NCBI GenBank assembly: GCA_002633005.1
Contig: NMRA01000096.1
Span: forward strand, 699,691-763,467
Direction: 5' to 3'
Source of the DNA: Phoronis australis
Lineage: Eukaryota; Animalia; Phoronida
DNA: 63,777 nt
Below are positions 37,917 to 50,319 of the stretch, piece after piece (position 1 is the first letter of the stretch; the number at the start of each line of letters is the position of its first letter). Both the position numbers and the translations under genes were made by a program. The notes below the pieces were generated by a model. That model had not been told where the DNA came from. It saw nothing but the letters and a program-made list of their open reading frames with translations, and did no database searches.

Positions 37917-40900
37917 CAGCCATGAGCGGCAAGGTGGGGGTCAGCCGATTTTCACCAAATTTGGCACATAGGTAGTCCTATGGGATCTATAAACAGCGGT
38001 AAAATATTTCCTCAAAATATTGCGTTTTTCTAAAGTTATAGGCTCAAACACATTTTACGGCTTCGCAGCCATGTTTTCACGGTATAAAAACTGTCCAGTT
38101 TTAACTGTTCATATTTGTCATTGGATGAAAGCTATTGGTTTATTATTCACTTGGCATTGTTTATTGGTGCCTGTAGATTGTTACACAGATGTCTTGAAAC
38201 ACGATTCCGATTTACCACCCTCATTTAGTAGTTTTACTACACTGCCCCCCGTTATGCCATTTTGAGGTTGTGTTCAGTACACTGCTGTACCAAATCTGCC
38301 CCCACTGTTATGAGAATGAAACTTAGCCAAAATGTTGATAAAACATGTTACTTTCATTTCATGAAATAAAATCTTTGTCAGCCAGTTTATTAGTTATATA
38401 TTTTGGCACCTCAAATGTACTGAAATGAGAAATTTTCATATATCTGAGATCGATGCGTGAGCACCGTAAAATCCGATTGTCCTTCATGTTTTTCGATATT
38501 TTGCAACAAGTTAGTTCCTCCTGAATGTTTTGAACGTTTTACTACTGATCACTTAAGGCTATGGTATCCCTAAATACTATACATGACTCCATTTTGTAAA
38601 AAGCCGATTATGTCCTCCACAGTGAACAGGGTGAGACATAAACTCGACAAATGTAGGTTATTTTGATTGACAGTTGTTTTACTTTGCAATTTCCTCATGG
38701 GTATTTCTTCACACATATTCAAGTCAGATTTTCTTTTGATCAAATGTTCATGAAATGCATTGTAATATCAAATGAATGATAAGTTTGGTTGCATGACCGC
38801 AATTTTTCCCACGACTTAAAACAAAAGACCGCAGAAATTTTCCTGACGAAATACCGGGTTTGCAGTTCTGTAAAAACATTCGAATGACAAGACAAACTCC
38901 ACCACTGTCCATGGCAACTCGTCGCATGTTTTTCGCCCATCGGTCCTATCATTGTTTTCGTTTGTTGTATCATTGTTGGATGTAAGAACACAGGTCGCAT
39001 GGATATAGAACCTTGCGTACATAAGACCGTTGCCGATAAGTGCTCGTCATTATATCTTTATTATAACAACGGGAACAATGAAGATGCTAATCTATTGTTC
39101 TCTATGCAACCAGGTTTCCCGTGGATGACCACTGAAGAGGAATCCCAAAGTATCCACAATGACCAGTTACCTTAGTAACTATTACCGCGCACACGAATCA
39201 CTTCCGTGGAACCTAAACACCAAATTTTTATATCCGTGTATTGTGTTGTATTGCTCATGGTACGGTTCAGACTCTGTTGTATTAAGATTCCAATCCCCAA
39301 CCCTGTAATATGTAGTTTGAGTAAAATTTCTAGACAATGCAGGTTTATGGATTTATTCTCTTTCAAATGAAGAGTAAAAATCAAATTCTGCACAGGTTTT
39401 TTAAATTAATAAAAGTAATCACTTATTGGAAGATCACACATCTAAAAAATAAAACAATGTTTGACAATTTTATTCATTATCTTAATTTGAAAATTGCCTA
39501 CCTCACAGACAACTCATCTAAGTTGAAAATATTCCTTGTGAAAAAATATAAAATACCAACCAGAGACTTGTGTACTACAAAATATGTTTTCCTACTACAA
39601 TGCAAAGATAACTGTACAGTCAAAAGTCCAAGTGTTCTGACTCTAATAAAAAATTGCCTTCTAGATCTTTTCAACACTCTAATTGCTACAGGACAGAGTC
39701 AATCACACAAAGCTCATAAAGTCAGGGAATTACATTTAAGGTGATGTAGTCTCACTGCGAAAAAGTGATTTCGCAATAACGCTGACAACACTGGAAATCT
39801 CTTCTTCACAAACTTGAGGTAGCTGTATTTACCACATCAATGTTCTTATCAAAACTAACCACCACAAAATGAAAAATTGGCTTGTCAGTTCCAATTAGGC
39901 AGCATTTTACAATGAAATGGTCATGAAAAAATACTTTTGCAACATGGTTTGCATTACAATTGCCCTACGATTACAGTTGTACATACATACTAGACCCCAG
40001 TAACAAAATTACCCAAGGGAACCACAAAATGGTCAATTCGCCAAAAAAGGAGCCACCAGACCTAATGTGCCAATACTTTTCAGTACTGCAACAAAAAATC
40101 ATTTGAAGTGGACATAAACTCGCCTAAAATCACATAAAACAACTTTTGATTTAGACATTTTACCATCACGAAATAGGTATTACTTCCAGGTCACTTTTGA
40201 GCAATTTCAGAACTTTGAANNNNNNNNNNNNNNNNNNNNNNNNNNNNNNNNNNNNNNNNNNNNNNNNNNNNNNNNNNNNNNNNNNNNNNNNNNNNNNNNN
40301 NNNNNNNNNNNNNNNNNNNNNNNNNNNNNNNNNNNNNNNNNNNNNNNNNNNNNNNNNNNNNNNNNNNNNNNNNNNNNNNNNNNNNNNNNNNNNNNACAAG
40401 CCTACTTCCCTACACAGCTGTGCTGATACAATAATGCCCCCACTGGATTTAGCAGATCAGCCAGAGTATTTACAGGTCCAGCCACTGTACTGTTTCCTCC
40501 CTTTGAATTTTTACAATGCTACATCCTTGACAATCGCAGATTGCCTCTTTCAATGCATACTCCACTTCCTCTGTCCCAGTTTCCCCACATTTGCTGAAAG
40601 TGGTCTACCGGTATCTCAACAAATTACTTTGGACCTGTTGTGGCATAAGCCAGTAATCTTTGGCAAATACTTTTTCCCCAACTCGTTCCTCAAGCTATAA
40701 ATTCTCTTTGAATAAATCTTCTGGGAGTAGACTTTTCGGCCTCTCTCTAGCCCCCTCACTTAGTTGTCCAGAAGGGTACCTTCTTGCTGGTTGTGAACTT
40801 TTCCATACCCTACCTTTACTAATAATCGGCAAGTCTCTAACTTGAGCAGAAGCCTTTCCTGATTCCTAAAATTGTATTAATGATAAATTAAACATATTAA

Positions 40901-42465
40901 ATTTAATGTGGCCATTTCGGCTCAGAAAATATGAATACCAAGTTAAAGTGAAGGCACCAATATTTTTGACGGCTTTAGCATGTTTAATTTTCATTATCGC
41001 AGCAAATCATTGTTAGACAAAACATACTCCCTAGTCTCTAAAAGTAGTTCATGGGCAGAAGTCATGTAACACATTTGGTGGTTGTTATAAAAAGTTATGA
41101 TGACTACCTATTTTCTATGCCAATGTATACATGTTGCATAAACATCAACACATTTGAATAAGATATGATTAAGCAATGAGGCCCAAGTTATAAGCAATCA
41201 CGGTGTGTCAATAAAAGTACTTTGGCATGAATGACGTGCTTCTAAAATATTCCTCCCAGGGTCAGACCCTGGAGTTTTGTGATTCCTACCTGAGCTCACA
41301 CGAAGCAGGACGTTGAACCTTGACTTAACGTTTGGTCATTTTTCAGACCTCTATCAGATTTCTGTGCAGTGGATGTTCTAAGTGTCTTTGGCGACGCCAA
41401 TATATCTCGAGTGTTGTAACGATGATTCGGTTAAGTGAATCTAATACGGTAGATTATGTAGCTCCTGCACACCTGCCTCCGAGGCAGACACTGAAGAGAC
41501 AGACTACTTCTCAGGAGGACACGTTCCACGTCCACATCAGCTCCACGTACTCTAATAAGGTGCTCAAATGTCTCGCTCTATACCTTGTGCATTTCCCAAG
41601 AGTTTCCAAAGTTGTTTCTCTCCGCAATTTGTAGAAATACCACATTCGATGCGACTGGCAGTGCCAGATAAATAGATAAATTCGCAAACCCGCACTTCAG
41701 GTCAGCCATCATTCAACTAACGCATTGTAAGCTTTAGTTTGGTATTCAGAAAAATTGAATGGACAAATTTAGTATAATTTCATATTTTATTGGGAAATGC
41801 TAGTGTCCTTAAAATTAATTAAAAACATTTAAGCAAACCAATTGTTTTAATTGTTGTATTATAACACGGTATATTAATGCGTAGAAACGGCGCACAACTA
41901 GTGACTGGTTTAACATGACAAATACACATACGCCGGCGGTCTGAAAATAGTGAAATTGAGACACCTATTACCAAGCCTGCCTGAAGGGCTGACAAAGTTT
42001 TTATTGTATTAATTTCAAGGGCATGGAGTCTTCTACATGTCCATGTTATTATTTTTAGTTTTCTCGTGGGGGCAGCTTCGCTATAAGGGTACAACTTACT
42101 GCTGGTTTTTCACAAGACGGAAATGTACCTCCACGGAAACAGTTCCAGTGTTACCATGGTAACCGATATTGCAGTGTCGGTGCCGTTTTTGCTGTTATTG
42201 GTCATGAAACTATCATGTGATATAAAAGTTGTTCAGAAACGATTCTGTTTGAGGCAGAAACTGGAGTAGAAAATTTGGTCAAAAATGACTCATTCCACAC
42301 CAAGAAATTGCCTCATTTTGCCCCCCAAACCCTTCCCTTGTATCTCCTAAACCACCAAACTTTGTGGTGTCATACTTCACCCATTTTCTCTCATCCCTAA
42401 TGTGATTCATCAGACTAAACATGGATCTGAATGGCTGACCCCCCCACCTTGCCGCTTGTTGGCTG
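37917..42465 (-). mobile_element. Unclassified about 4.5-kb DNA transposon with about 30-bp TIRs and decayed, apparently spliced coding remnants
   Basis: CAGCCATGAGCGGCAAGGTGGGGGTCAGCC (37917-37946) versus GGCTGACCCCCCCACCTTGCCGCTTGTTGGCTG (42433-42465). Long minus-strand reading segments with few stops at 40400-40865 (preceded by a TTTTAG acceptor) and 41290-41650 (PNHRY..YWRR..HPLH-type motif). Spans the N gap. Confidence 0.6.
40220..40395. other. Assembly gap (176 N)
   Basis: Run of N. Confidence 1.
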
Positions 42466-43084
42466 TACAGTGGTCGGTGGATCCGTGGACTGATACTTAA
42501 AAACTACAGTCTTCCTTGAGTAAACTAAATTACTTAACGGTGTTGGAAAAAATGGCGTTCTACCGTTATTCTGCTACTGAAGTTGTGGAACGATCTTTAT
42601 CGACGGCTTTCGACGCCACGAAATATTGCGTTACCTATTGGCCAGTTTCTTTTTTGCCGATTCTTCAATCAGCTCTAGTTGTCCTTTCACGAGGCTGCGT
42701 ACACGTCACAGCAAATTATCGGAACTGGTTTCACTTCATTAAAAGTCTTTAGAATTTTGATAATGAAAACCGAATTTCATAAGAAATTTGCTGCTGCCAA
42801 GGTATCATCATCTCCCGAGAGATGTCGCAAAAATTTAGGAAATGGCGCGTGCGCGTGTCACGAGCGTACTGTTTCCAATTCAACATCACTTTTCTTTGAC
42901 AGTGAGAATGAGTATATTTTTACGACATTTTCTGCGTCGTTGTATTACAGCGAAAAACGAGTTTGTCATGCATGTGCAACGAACTTCATCGTGAATCACA
43001 GGCGGGATTCCGCAAGGGCTATTGCACTCAGGGCCAAATGTTTACGCTTCAGGCCATGTGCCACTAACATATCACTAAGCTCAG

Positions 43085-44665
43085 GGTTCGTTTTTATTGT
43101 GCTTTTGTCGACTTTTCGAGGGCATTTGACAGAGTTCCTCACATGCTACTCTGGTATAGATTACAAAAATGATGTCCATGGTAACGTACTTAAAGTCCTG
43201 AAATCCATGTACAGCAAATTACGTTCATGCGTAAGGACCCGAGAAGGGTTAACCGACTTTTTTGACTGTTCTGTAGGCACCAGACAGGGGTGTATGATCA
43301 GCCCACTATTGTTTATCATGTATCTGAACGAATTTATCGAAGTCCTAGATAATGCCCAAAATATTAGAGGGATTTATATCAATGAAGAGGCACCGCAAGT
43401 TGTATGCTGATGACATGGTTCGGTGTTCGAGCACTCAAATTAATTTGCAAAGAATGTTAAACTGCCTTTATGATTATTGCTCTTCTTGGGGCATGAGTGT
43501 AAATCTGAAAAAAACTAAGATTATTGTTTTTATAAATGGCGGGCCACTCAGAGCGTATGAGAAGTGGTATTATGGAAATCAAGTAGTGGAGATTGTCTCC
43601 CAATATAAATATCTTGGAATATTTTTTACACCAAGATTAGTTTGGTCCAAAGCCACTAAAACTCTGGCACGTCAAGGTAGTAAAGCCGCTGTGTCTATTT
43701 CTAAAATTAGAAACCGGTGCAGGGAATTACCATTGAGCCTATCACTTGAACTGTTTGATAAAATTGCTGTGCCAACTATGTGCTACGGTGCGGAAATCTG
43801 GGGATTCGAAGAATATGAATAGCTTGAAAATGAAAATGTGAAATTCTGTAAAATTTCTCTTGGAATTGGAAACTCTTGCTCAAACGCAGCTGTATTGGTT
43901 GAATGTGGAATTTATACGCTCTATGCAAAGTACTATGTCATATGTGTAAAATATTGCCCAAAGTTATTGAAAATGCCACCTACTGGGTACGCTAAAGCGG
44001 CTTATGACATATTAGCTGATTTTGATCGGGATGGGAGAAATACTTGGGCATCTTCTGTTAGACAATTGCAATCAAAATACAGTTTTTAAGAAATTTGGTT
44101 GAATCAAGGTGTCACGTGCGAAGTCTCGTTTTTAAGTATCTTCACGCAAAGAGTTAATGACTGCTATGAGCAAGGTTGGCAATCAGAAATTGAGCATAAT
44201 GCAAAACTCAAATACTACTGTAACTTTAAGACTCTGTATTGTTTTGAACCATATCTTAAGTTACCGTTACATAATAGTCTTATTCAAGCGTTTACTCGTT
44301 TACGTTGCTCCAACCACAGACTACAAGTGGAAGTGGGTAGACACGAGAAAGTGGAATATTATAATAGATTATGTATGGCTTGCAATGATGGTCTTGTAGA
44401 GGATGAATACCATTTCCTGTTGATTTGCAAGGGATATTGTGAACTTAGGTCATGTTTTATGAAGGAGGTTCAATGGAAGCATCCAACTCAAGAATCCTGT
44501 ATACGACTGCTAGCTAATCCAGATATATCTGTTATTAAATATGTGTATTTTGCCCTTAAAAGACGAGAACAGCTCTGAAGTGGGTTGACTCCGGGTGCAA
44601 ATGTGCTTGATTAATTTTTTTTGTTTATTGTACTTTGGGCCAGAGGCCTTTGATATAAATAAACG
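43085..44665 (+). mobile_element. 5'-truncated degenerate LINE (RTE-X-like) RT and C-terminal zinc finger, with 3' end
   Basis: FYCAFVDFSRAFD, GTRQGCMISPLLFIMYLNE, LYADD, YKYLG, YGAEIWG, RLRCSNHRLQVEVGR, CMACNDGLVEDEYHFLLIC; 3' UTR with GGCC-AGA-GGCC hairpin and AATAAA; several frameshifts and stops. Confidence 0.92.
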
Positions 44666-44679
44666 TGATTGTATTAGTA

Positions 44680-45320
44680 ACTTTATCTGAATTGAAGTCA
44701 TTAATTATCGAGTCAACTACCCGTTTGGAAGCGTTGTTCTCTGATAGAATTTTTAAGGTTGGGGACAGAATGTTAGATTTAGAAACCTCTCAAGAATTTA
44801 TTTCTAACAGACTAGACGCAGTGGAAAAAACACTTAAGGGGCAAACCTCCGTAGGCTCGATCAAAAAGCCTTTGGCTTATGATGAATGGAGGTCTAGGAA
44901 ATATAATCTCTTGTTCTACAGTATCAATGACCCCATTCGTGACACAACCATTGAGAATGTAGAGTAGGCAGTCGAAGGCTTCATAGAAGAAAAATTCTAC
45001 TTCAGCACAGTTATGGAAACTCTCTCGTGTTTTCTAAGTGCCACGGATTGCCGAAACCGCAGCAGTCCAGAAAACCAACCCTCCAGAGCAATTACTGTTA
45101 AATTTGTGATGATGAGTGACCGAAACAACATTCTAGCTGCAGGGTTAAAGTTGAGAGAGAAGGGTCTTGCTGTCCGTACCGACCTGCCGCCATTGTTAAA
45201 GCAGAAGAGAGGAAATCTGGCACACACCACTTATGATTTGAGGAAGCAGCAAGGAAGCTCCTGATGTGATTTGGTTGAAGGTACGGAAAAGCAAGGAAGA
45301 ACCATGGAGCAAATTTACAG
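44680..45320 (+). mobile_element. Degenerate LINE ORF1-like (L1-type coiled-coil and RRM) fragment
   Basis: Coiled-coil then EWRSRKYNLLFYSI, SRAITVKF and RTDLPPLLKQKR, the usual pattern of L1/CR1/L2 ORF1p RRM-CTD; stops present. Confidence 0.7.
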
Positions 45321-45679
45321 TGTAACTATATCCCAGTACTTTGTGTCTTGTGAATATACAAGTATCCTTATTGGCCAATGTTAGACATTAATACCAGCGC
45401 CTTGTTGTTTTTTCCCTCTTTTCTTTTTTTTTGTTATTTCTGTTGCAGGGATTTGATTATGGCAAGTCTCGGCAGGCTTTATTGTCTGTTATTTATAGTA
45501 CCACTGCGCTGGTGTGGCACTGACTTACCCTTGGTATATATCTTTTCTGTATTAAACTCGAAACTCAGACCATACTGTGCTCTGTTACTGCTATTTGTCT
45601 ATTTTTTACGGCTGGATGTACAAAAATTCTATACCACACTCGTGAACCAGGATGCTAGGGAAGCTTCTCGGATTTGTGT

Positions 45680-47180
45680 TTTTAGGTGTTTTTAAATGGG
45701 TAGAGGTTGCAAACAAGGAGACCCTTTATCTCCCTATCTTTTTCTACTTTATGCTGAGATTATGGGGAATCTTTTTAGGAAAAACAAAAATATAAAAGGT
45801 ATCCAGATTGGATCTAAAGAGTTTAAACTAGTTCAATATGCAGATGACACTGCCATCATCCTCGATGGTTCCGAAAGATCATTAAAAAACTCTTGATCTA
45901 CTTGACCAGTTTTCGAAGTATTCAGGTCTAACTCCAAATTTAGAGAAAAAAAACTTGTGTCTTGATAGGTTCTATGAGGCAAAGCAATATTCAAGGGTTT
46001 GTTCTGAAAAAGATTTTAAAAAAATGGTCTAGCTCACAGTTTACTATGTTGGGGATTGTTTTTTCTACCGACATTCTGAAATGAGTAATTTAAAGTTTGA
46101 TCGAAAGTTGGTTGATATTAAAAAGGAAATTGTAAGATGGTCAAAAAGAAACTTAATACTCTTAGTAAAGTTACTGTGGTCAAATCATTTCTTCTCACAA
46201 AATTTATCCATGTTTTGTCATGTTTGCCAATCCCCAACAATCTGTTCTGTAAAGATTTAGAAAAACTGCTTTTTATATTTGGGGAGAAAAGTGTGACAGA
46301 ATTAGTCGCAAAACCATGATTCAACATTATGACTTTGGTGGTTGTAAAATGATAGATGTTTACTCTTTTGTAAAGGCAATTAAGATAACATAGATGCATA
46401 GGATCTTAAAAGCCACAAATTCTACAGCAAGGTTAAGTCTCCTCTTAAACACTGATTTAATACCATTGGATTGTCTAAAATTTGGGAACAATTTCTACAA
46501 ACATGCCGCTTCTCAAACTGAGAACCCTTTTGAAAGGAACTGTTTAACTTTCTGTATGATTTTTCTAATATAATAGATCAGGAGGAAATATCATATCAAC
46601 TAATTTGGCGTAACATTGATGTTTTGATTGGTAGAGAAACTGTGTTTCGGAGATGATGGTTTGAAAAGGGTGTTTATTATATCTCAGACCTACTAGACGA
46701 GCATGGATAATTTTCTCTTGATGATTTTTGCAAAAAAAAGTACAATTTTAAACCAATGTTCTTGATTTTTATGGGGTCAGAGAGGTTGTTTGTCAAAAAT
46801 GGACAATCTCAAAAAGAGACAAAATTTTCTTCTAGGAACCCTTTATCCCAATTTTTATGAAATTAATACTTGCAGACAAAAAGGGTACGAAACATGTATA
46901 CAACACTTTTGTGCTACACAAATATTCTAGGCTTAGGTCTGAGATGAGGAAGCAGGCAGAACTTGCTATACCAGTGGTGGAAAAATGCCTTCTTTGTGAA
47001 TTTTACACTTGATGCGAAACTTCGATGGTTTCAATTTAGACTCTCACTTAGGATAATCAGCTGTAACTCTAATCTTGTTAAAATTGGGGTTAGTAACTCC
47101 CCCTTGTGTACGTTTTGTAAGAGTGAACCTGAGACTTTGCTTCACTTATACTGGCAATGCGATGTTAGTAAAAAGATATT
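45680..47180 (+). mobile_element. Degenerate L1/Tx1-clade ORF2 (RT and C-terminal CCHC)
   Basis: GRGCKQGDPLSPYLF, IKGIQIG..KLVQYADDT, LNTLSKVTVVKSFLLTKFIH, KLRWFQFRL..CTFCKSEPETLLHLYWQC; many frameshifts. Confidence 0.92.
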
Positions 47181-47239
47181 GTCTTGTCCATTCTTAAGAC
47201 CCCTGTACGCTGGAAAGGTTTCACTTCGTTTAAAAACCA

Positions 47240-47376
47240 TAGAATTCTAGCATTGGAGATTGAAAGTTATAACTGTTACAGAGTTCTTCGTATGACATGG
47301 AACCTTCCGCATTAAACAAATCACACACACGATAGACTCCCCTTTCATACCAGGTCTTGTAGAAAATAGATTTTCT
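47240..47376 (-). mobile_element. Short inverted L1/Tx1 ORF2 fragment
   Basis: Minus strand KSIFYKTWYE(fs)GVYRVCDLFNAEGSMSYEELCNSYNF, corresponding to the region at about 46630-46760 on the plus strand. Confidence 0.6.
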
Positions 47377-47378
47377 AC

Positions 47379-47596
47379 ACTCGGGCGAAGTTGGGCCCTA
47401 GGGCCCGATGATTACGTGAAGCGCTTTGAATTAGAAGGAAATTCAAAATTACTACTAACTTAGTCATCATGGTAGTTAGTGGTACCAGTAGCTGCCATAA
47501 TTTTGTTGTCCATCTATATCCTATCTTTAACGGATAGGCTGGGGCTGGACCTTTTCCACGGCGGGTAGTTCGATCGAACCCCCTCGCTACGGCCTG
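47379..47596 (+). repeat. Right-end fragment of the CAGGCC-TIR element family
   Basis: Alignable to 31689-31916 and ends in GCTACGGCCTG. Confidence 0.75.
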
Positions 47597-50277
47597 GGAT
47601 ACATCTACTTGAGCACGTATCGTTACCGTTTCCCATGATCTTTTATCATCGTGGATACTGCTATCAATTTCAATGCATCTAAAATTTCCAGTGGAGGTCG
47701 ATTCGATTCTAGTCCTTGGTGTGGGTCTAAAGTACAACATGTACCAAACTCATGCAGGTAATACCCATTCCCACCATGTCGCATCAACGTGCAATTCGCC
47801 GTCAGTTTCGCTACTCGAGTGGGCGCAACGATGGTTGGTTCACTTATGGTTTCAAACTGGGGCGGAGATGATTAAAGGCCTACATTTGACACGTGTGTAA
47901 CTGATGTACAGCAATGCGTGATGGCGCAAATACATTGTAGGCCTACATCCCATGACTTGTTAGCACCGTGGAACTCGTTCTCCATGGGCTATTGTTTGAT
48001 GCTATAGCTGATTTAAGGAATTTTTTCATAATTAAAGAACCTGACTGTTTTATTTCTTGGTCTGTGAGCGCTTTCACTTTCATGTAATTAGAATCAGACT
48101 TTTTTTCTTAGACATGTTTTCCACTCGCATTGCTTGTTGTAAGATATGACGAAGCATATAGACTTTATTTGAATTCGTGTTTCCAGCCTGGGTGATACAC
48201 ACTTTTTGGTCTTCTGTATACTGAAGTTGAATTGTTTTCCAATATTTTTTCCAATTTTATCTATCACTTGTGTTCTCCGTTGAATAGCTATTTGCGAAAC
48301 TGTGTGTTACAGCTGGCTCATCATTACCCGATCAACAACAATTTCACCATCCGGTTATCTTCTCTCGTCGAGTCGGTGCCTAGACTCGTATCTATAATCC
48401 CTCCGTGACGTATTTTTCAATCCATTGGTTGCCCCCTGCCCCCTTCCCTCGGTTTGCCCAATTTTCCGTAATTTTTGCCAAAATCCGTTGGCCAATAATT
48501 ATTGCTTTGCAGATCTCGACTAGAGTCTTCGTAGTTTTATCGGTATTTTTTCTCTGCAACTCAACAGGACAGCGCGTGATGTTGCTACTGACCAAGGGGC
48601 GATTAATTTCCCCTAGAATCGGTGCGTTTTCAGTCAGTTCAAGTGTGAGAAATGCTCCAGTCAAAATGAACTTCAGTCACTAGTTTCTTGGAATAGGTCC
48701 CAGTACTTGACTGCTGACTCGAACTACTCCTTACAGCAGAAACTTGGCTTAATGAAAGGAGAATGCCATCAAAAACAAGGTATTTTGTATCAATTTAGAT
48801 CAATTAGTTCCACTGGATAACAGCAAGTTCAGACGGCAGACGAGGTGCTGAAATTAACCAGTGACGTCATAGGTTCTAACAGCGTCTGTTCTGGTGTCAG
48901 CTTAACGCTTAACTTAATGGCTCTACACCAATAAATCACCAAGATTCGAACCAAAACCCTTACAAATACATCCAGTATTTAAACAAATGAGTTGTTTTAT
49001 TTCGCTGTTACAGATTTATAGAAATTTTGAACGTACTGGAGCTTACAAAGTTCGGTAGGCCAGCAGCCCAGCTTTCATAGTAGCATGTATTCTTTTATAA
49101 CAAAAGGCAGAGCATCAACATCAGTACCTGAAAACTGAAATAACAGAAGATATCATAGGCAGTGCAGCACAGCAAAAAAGGGGGTCTATACCCCCCAGCC
49201 ACCCTGTGGTGCATCGCCCATAGACAATGGGTGGCGCTGCACTGAGAAAAGTGGGGGGGCTATGGTGCACCGCCCATGGATATTCCATGGTTTCAGTGGG
49301 AGGCAACTCAGAGATAAACATTTAGCCGAAAATGTGACAGGCAAACTACCATGTTTTATAAAAGACACTCACATGTGCGGTTGGATCCACCGTCTTGCAC
49401 ATGGATGACCTACATGAAGCACAACGAATGTTAATGTTTTCATGTTGTGAGTTTTATGATCAATATATGGGATAAAGAGATTAATCAAATTTGAAAAAAG
49501 CATCACCTTCGAGACTAGCACCTCTCAGGTGGCAATCAGGGTCCAGACATGGGAGATAACTACCTCGCTAGGTAATAATCTATATAATTCTGCAATTACT
49601 CACCATGTCCAAAATTAAACCACCTTTTTATTCGCATAGGAGTTACTCATTGTCTTACACATTGCTGTTCCCATAACAATTGTTTATTGCCAGTAAGAGT
49701 AATCTAAATTGCAGCCACAAAATATCCAGGAGCTTAAATCAGCCATCCCTCTGGTGTTCAGTCAGAGAACCAGACTGTTAACAAAAATGACAACAGCTAT
49801 AGAGCTTTCAGCAGGATGCAACCAACACAGGTCAACCTTTAACTTTGCTCCAACACAATAAAATTCAGTTCTTCTCAAACCAAGAAATCATCTCTAAACA
49901 TGGCATGTGAAACTGCTGAGAAATTGTGTTCTTTGACAGTAATTGAGATCTACATTGTATGCTGTGTTGCCCATTGCAGAGGTAGATATAAGCAATATGC
50001 CATGTATAAATAGCTTAACAGAGAATATGCATTTAATTATGCAATAGATCACATGACAACCAAAGGAACCTCGTTCTACTTCCTAAAAGGGAGACGAAAC
50101 AAATGTGGGACCACATGACACACAAAGATAGATGTAGCAGGCGACAATACTCGAAAGAAAACTCTCAATCCGATACTGTCAAGACCTCATGCATACTGAA
50201 TGGCAGGACACAGCAGGGGCTTTGTCAGAAGAAATAGACCAGACTTTTGTCCGTTTGTCCAGAAACCATTATCCTCT

Positions 50278-50319
50278 TCATCCTGTTAATGTAAATCTGC
50301 AGACAGGGCACGTTCCACT
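50278..50319 (-). CDS. PJA2-like: Praja-like last coding exon (completes the RING)
   Basis: TTTCAG acceptor, SGTCPVCRFTLTG-stop; candidate minus-strand AATAAA signals at about 49630 and 49000. Confidence 0.9.
   Translation of the reverse strand, partial: SGTCPVCRFTLTG

Noticed and set aside
42679-43410. 243-aa ORF as a novel RT fusion protein
   Set aside because: The N-terminal part is chance open frame in flanking repeat DNA running into a frameshifted LINE RT.
47600-48700. Possible minus-strand pseudogene or transposase
   Set aside because: Coding-like composition but many stops and no identifiable motif.
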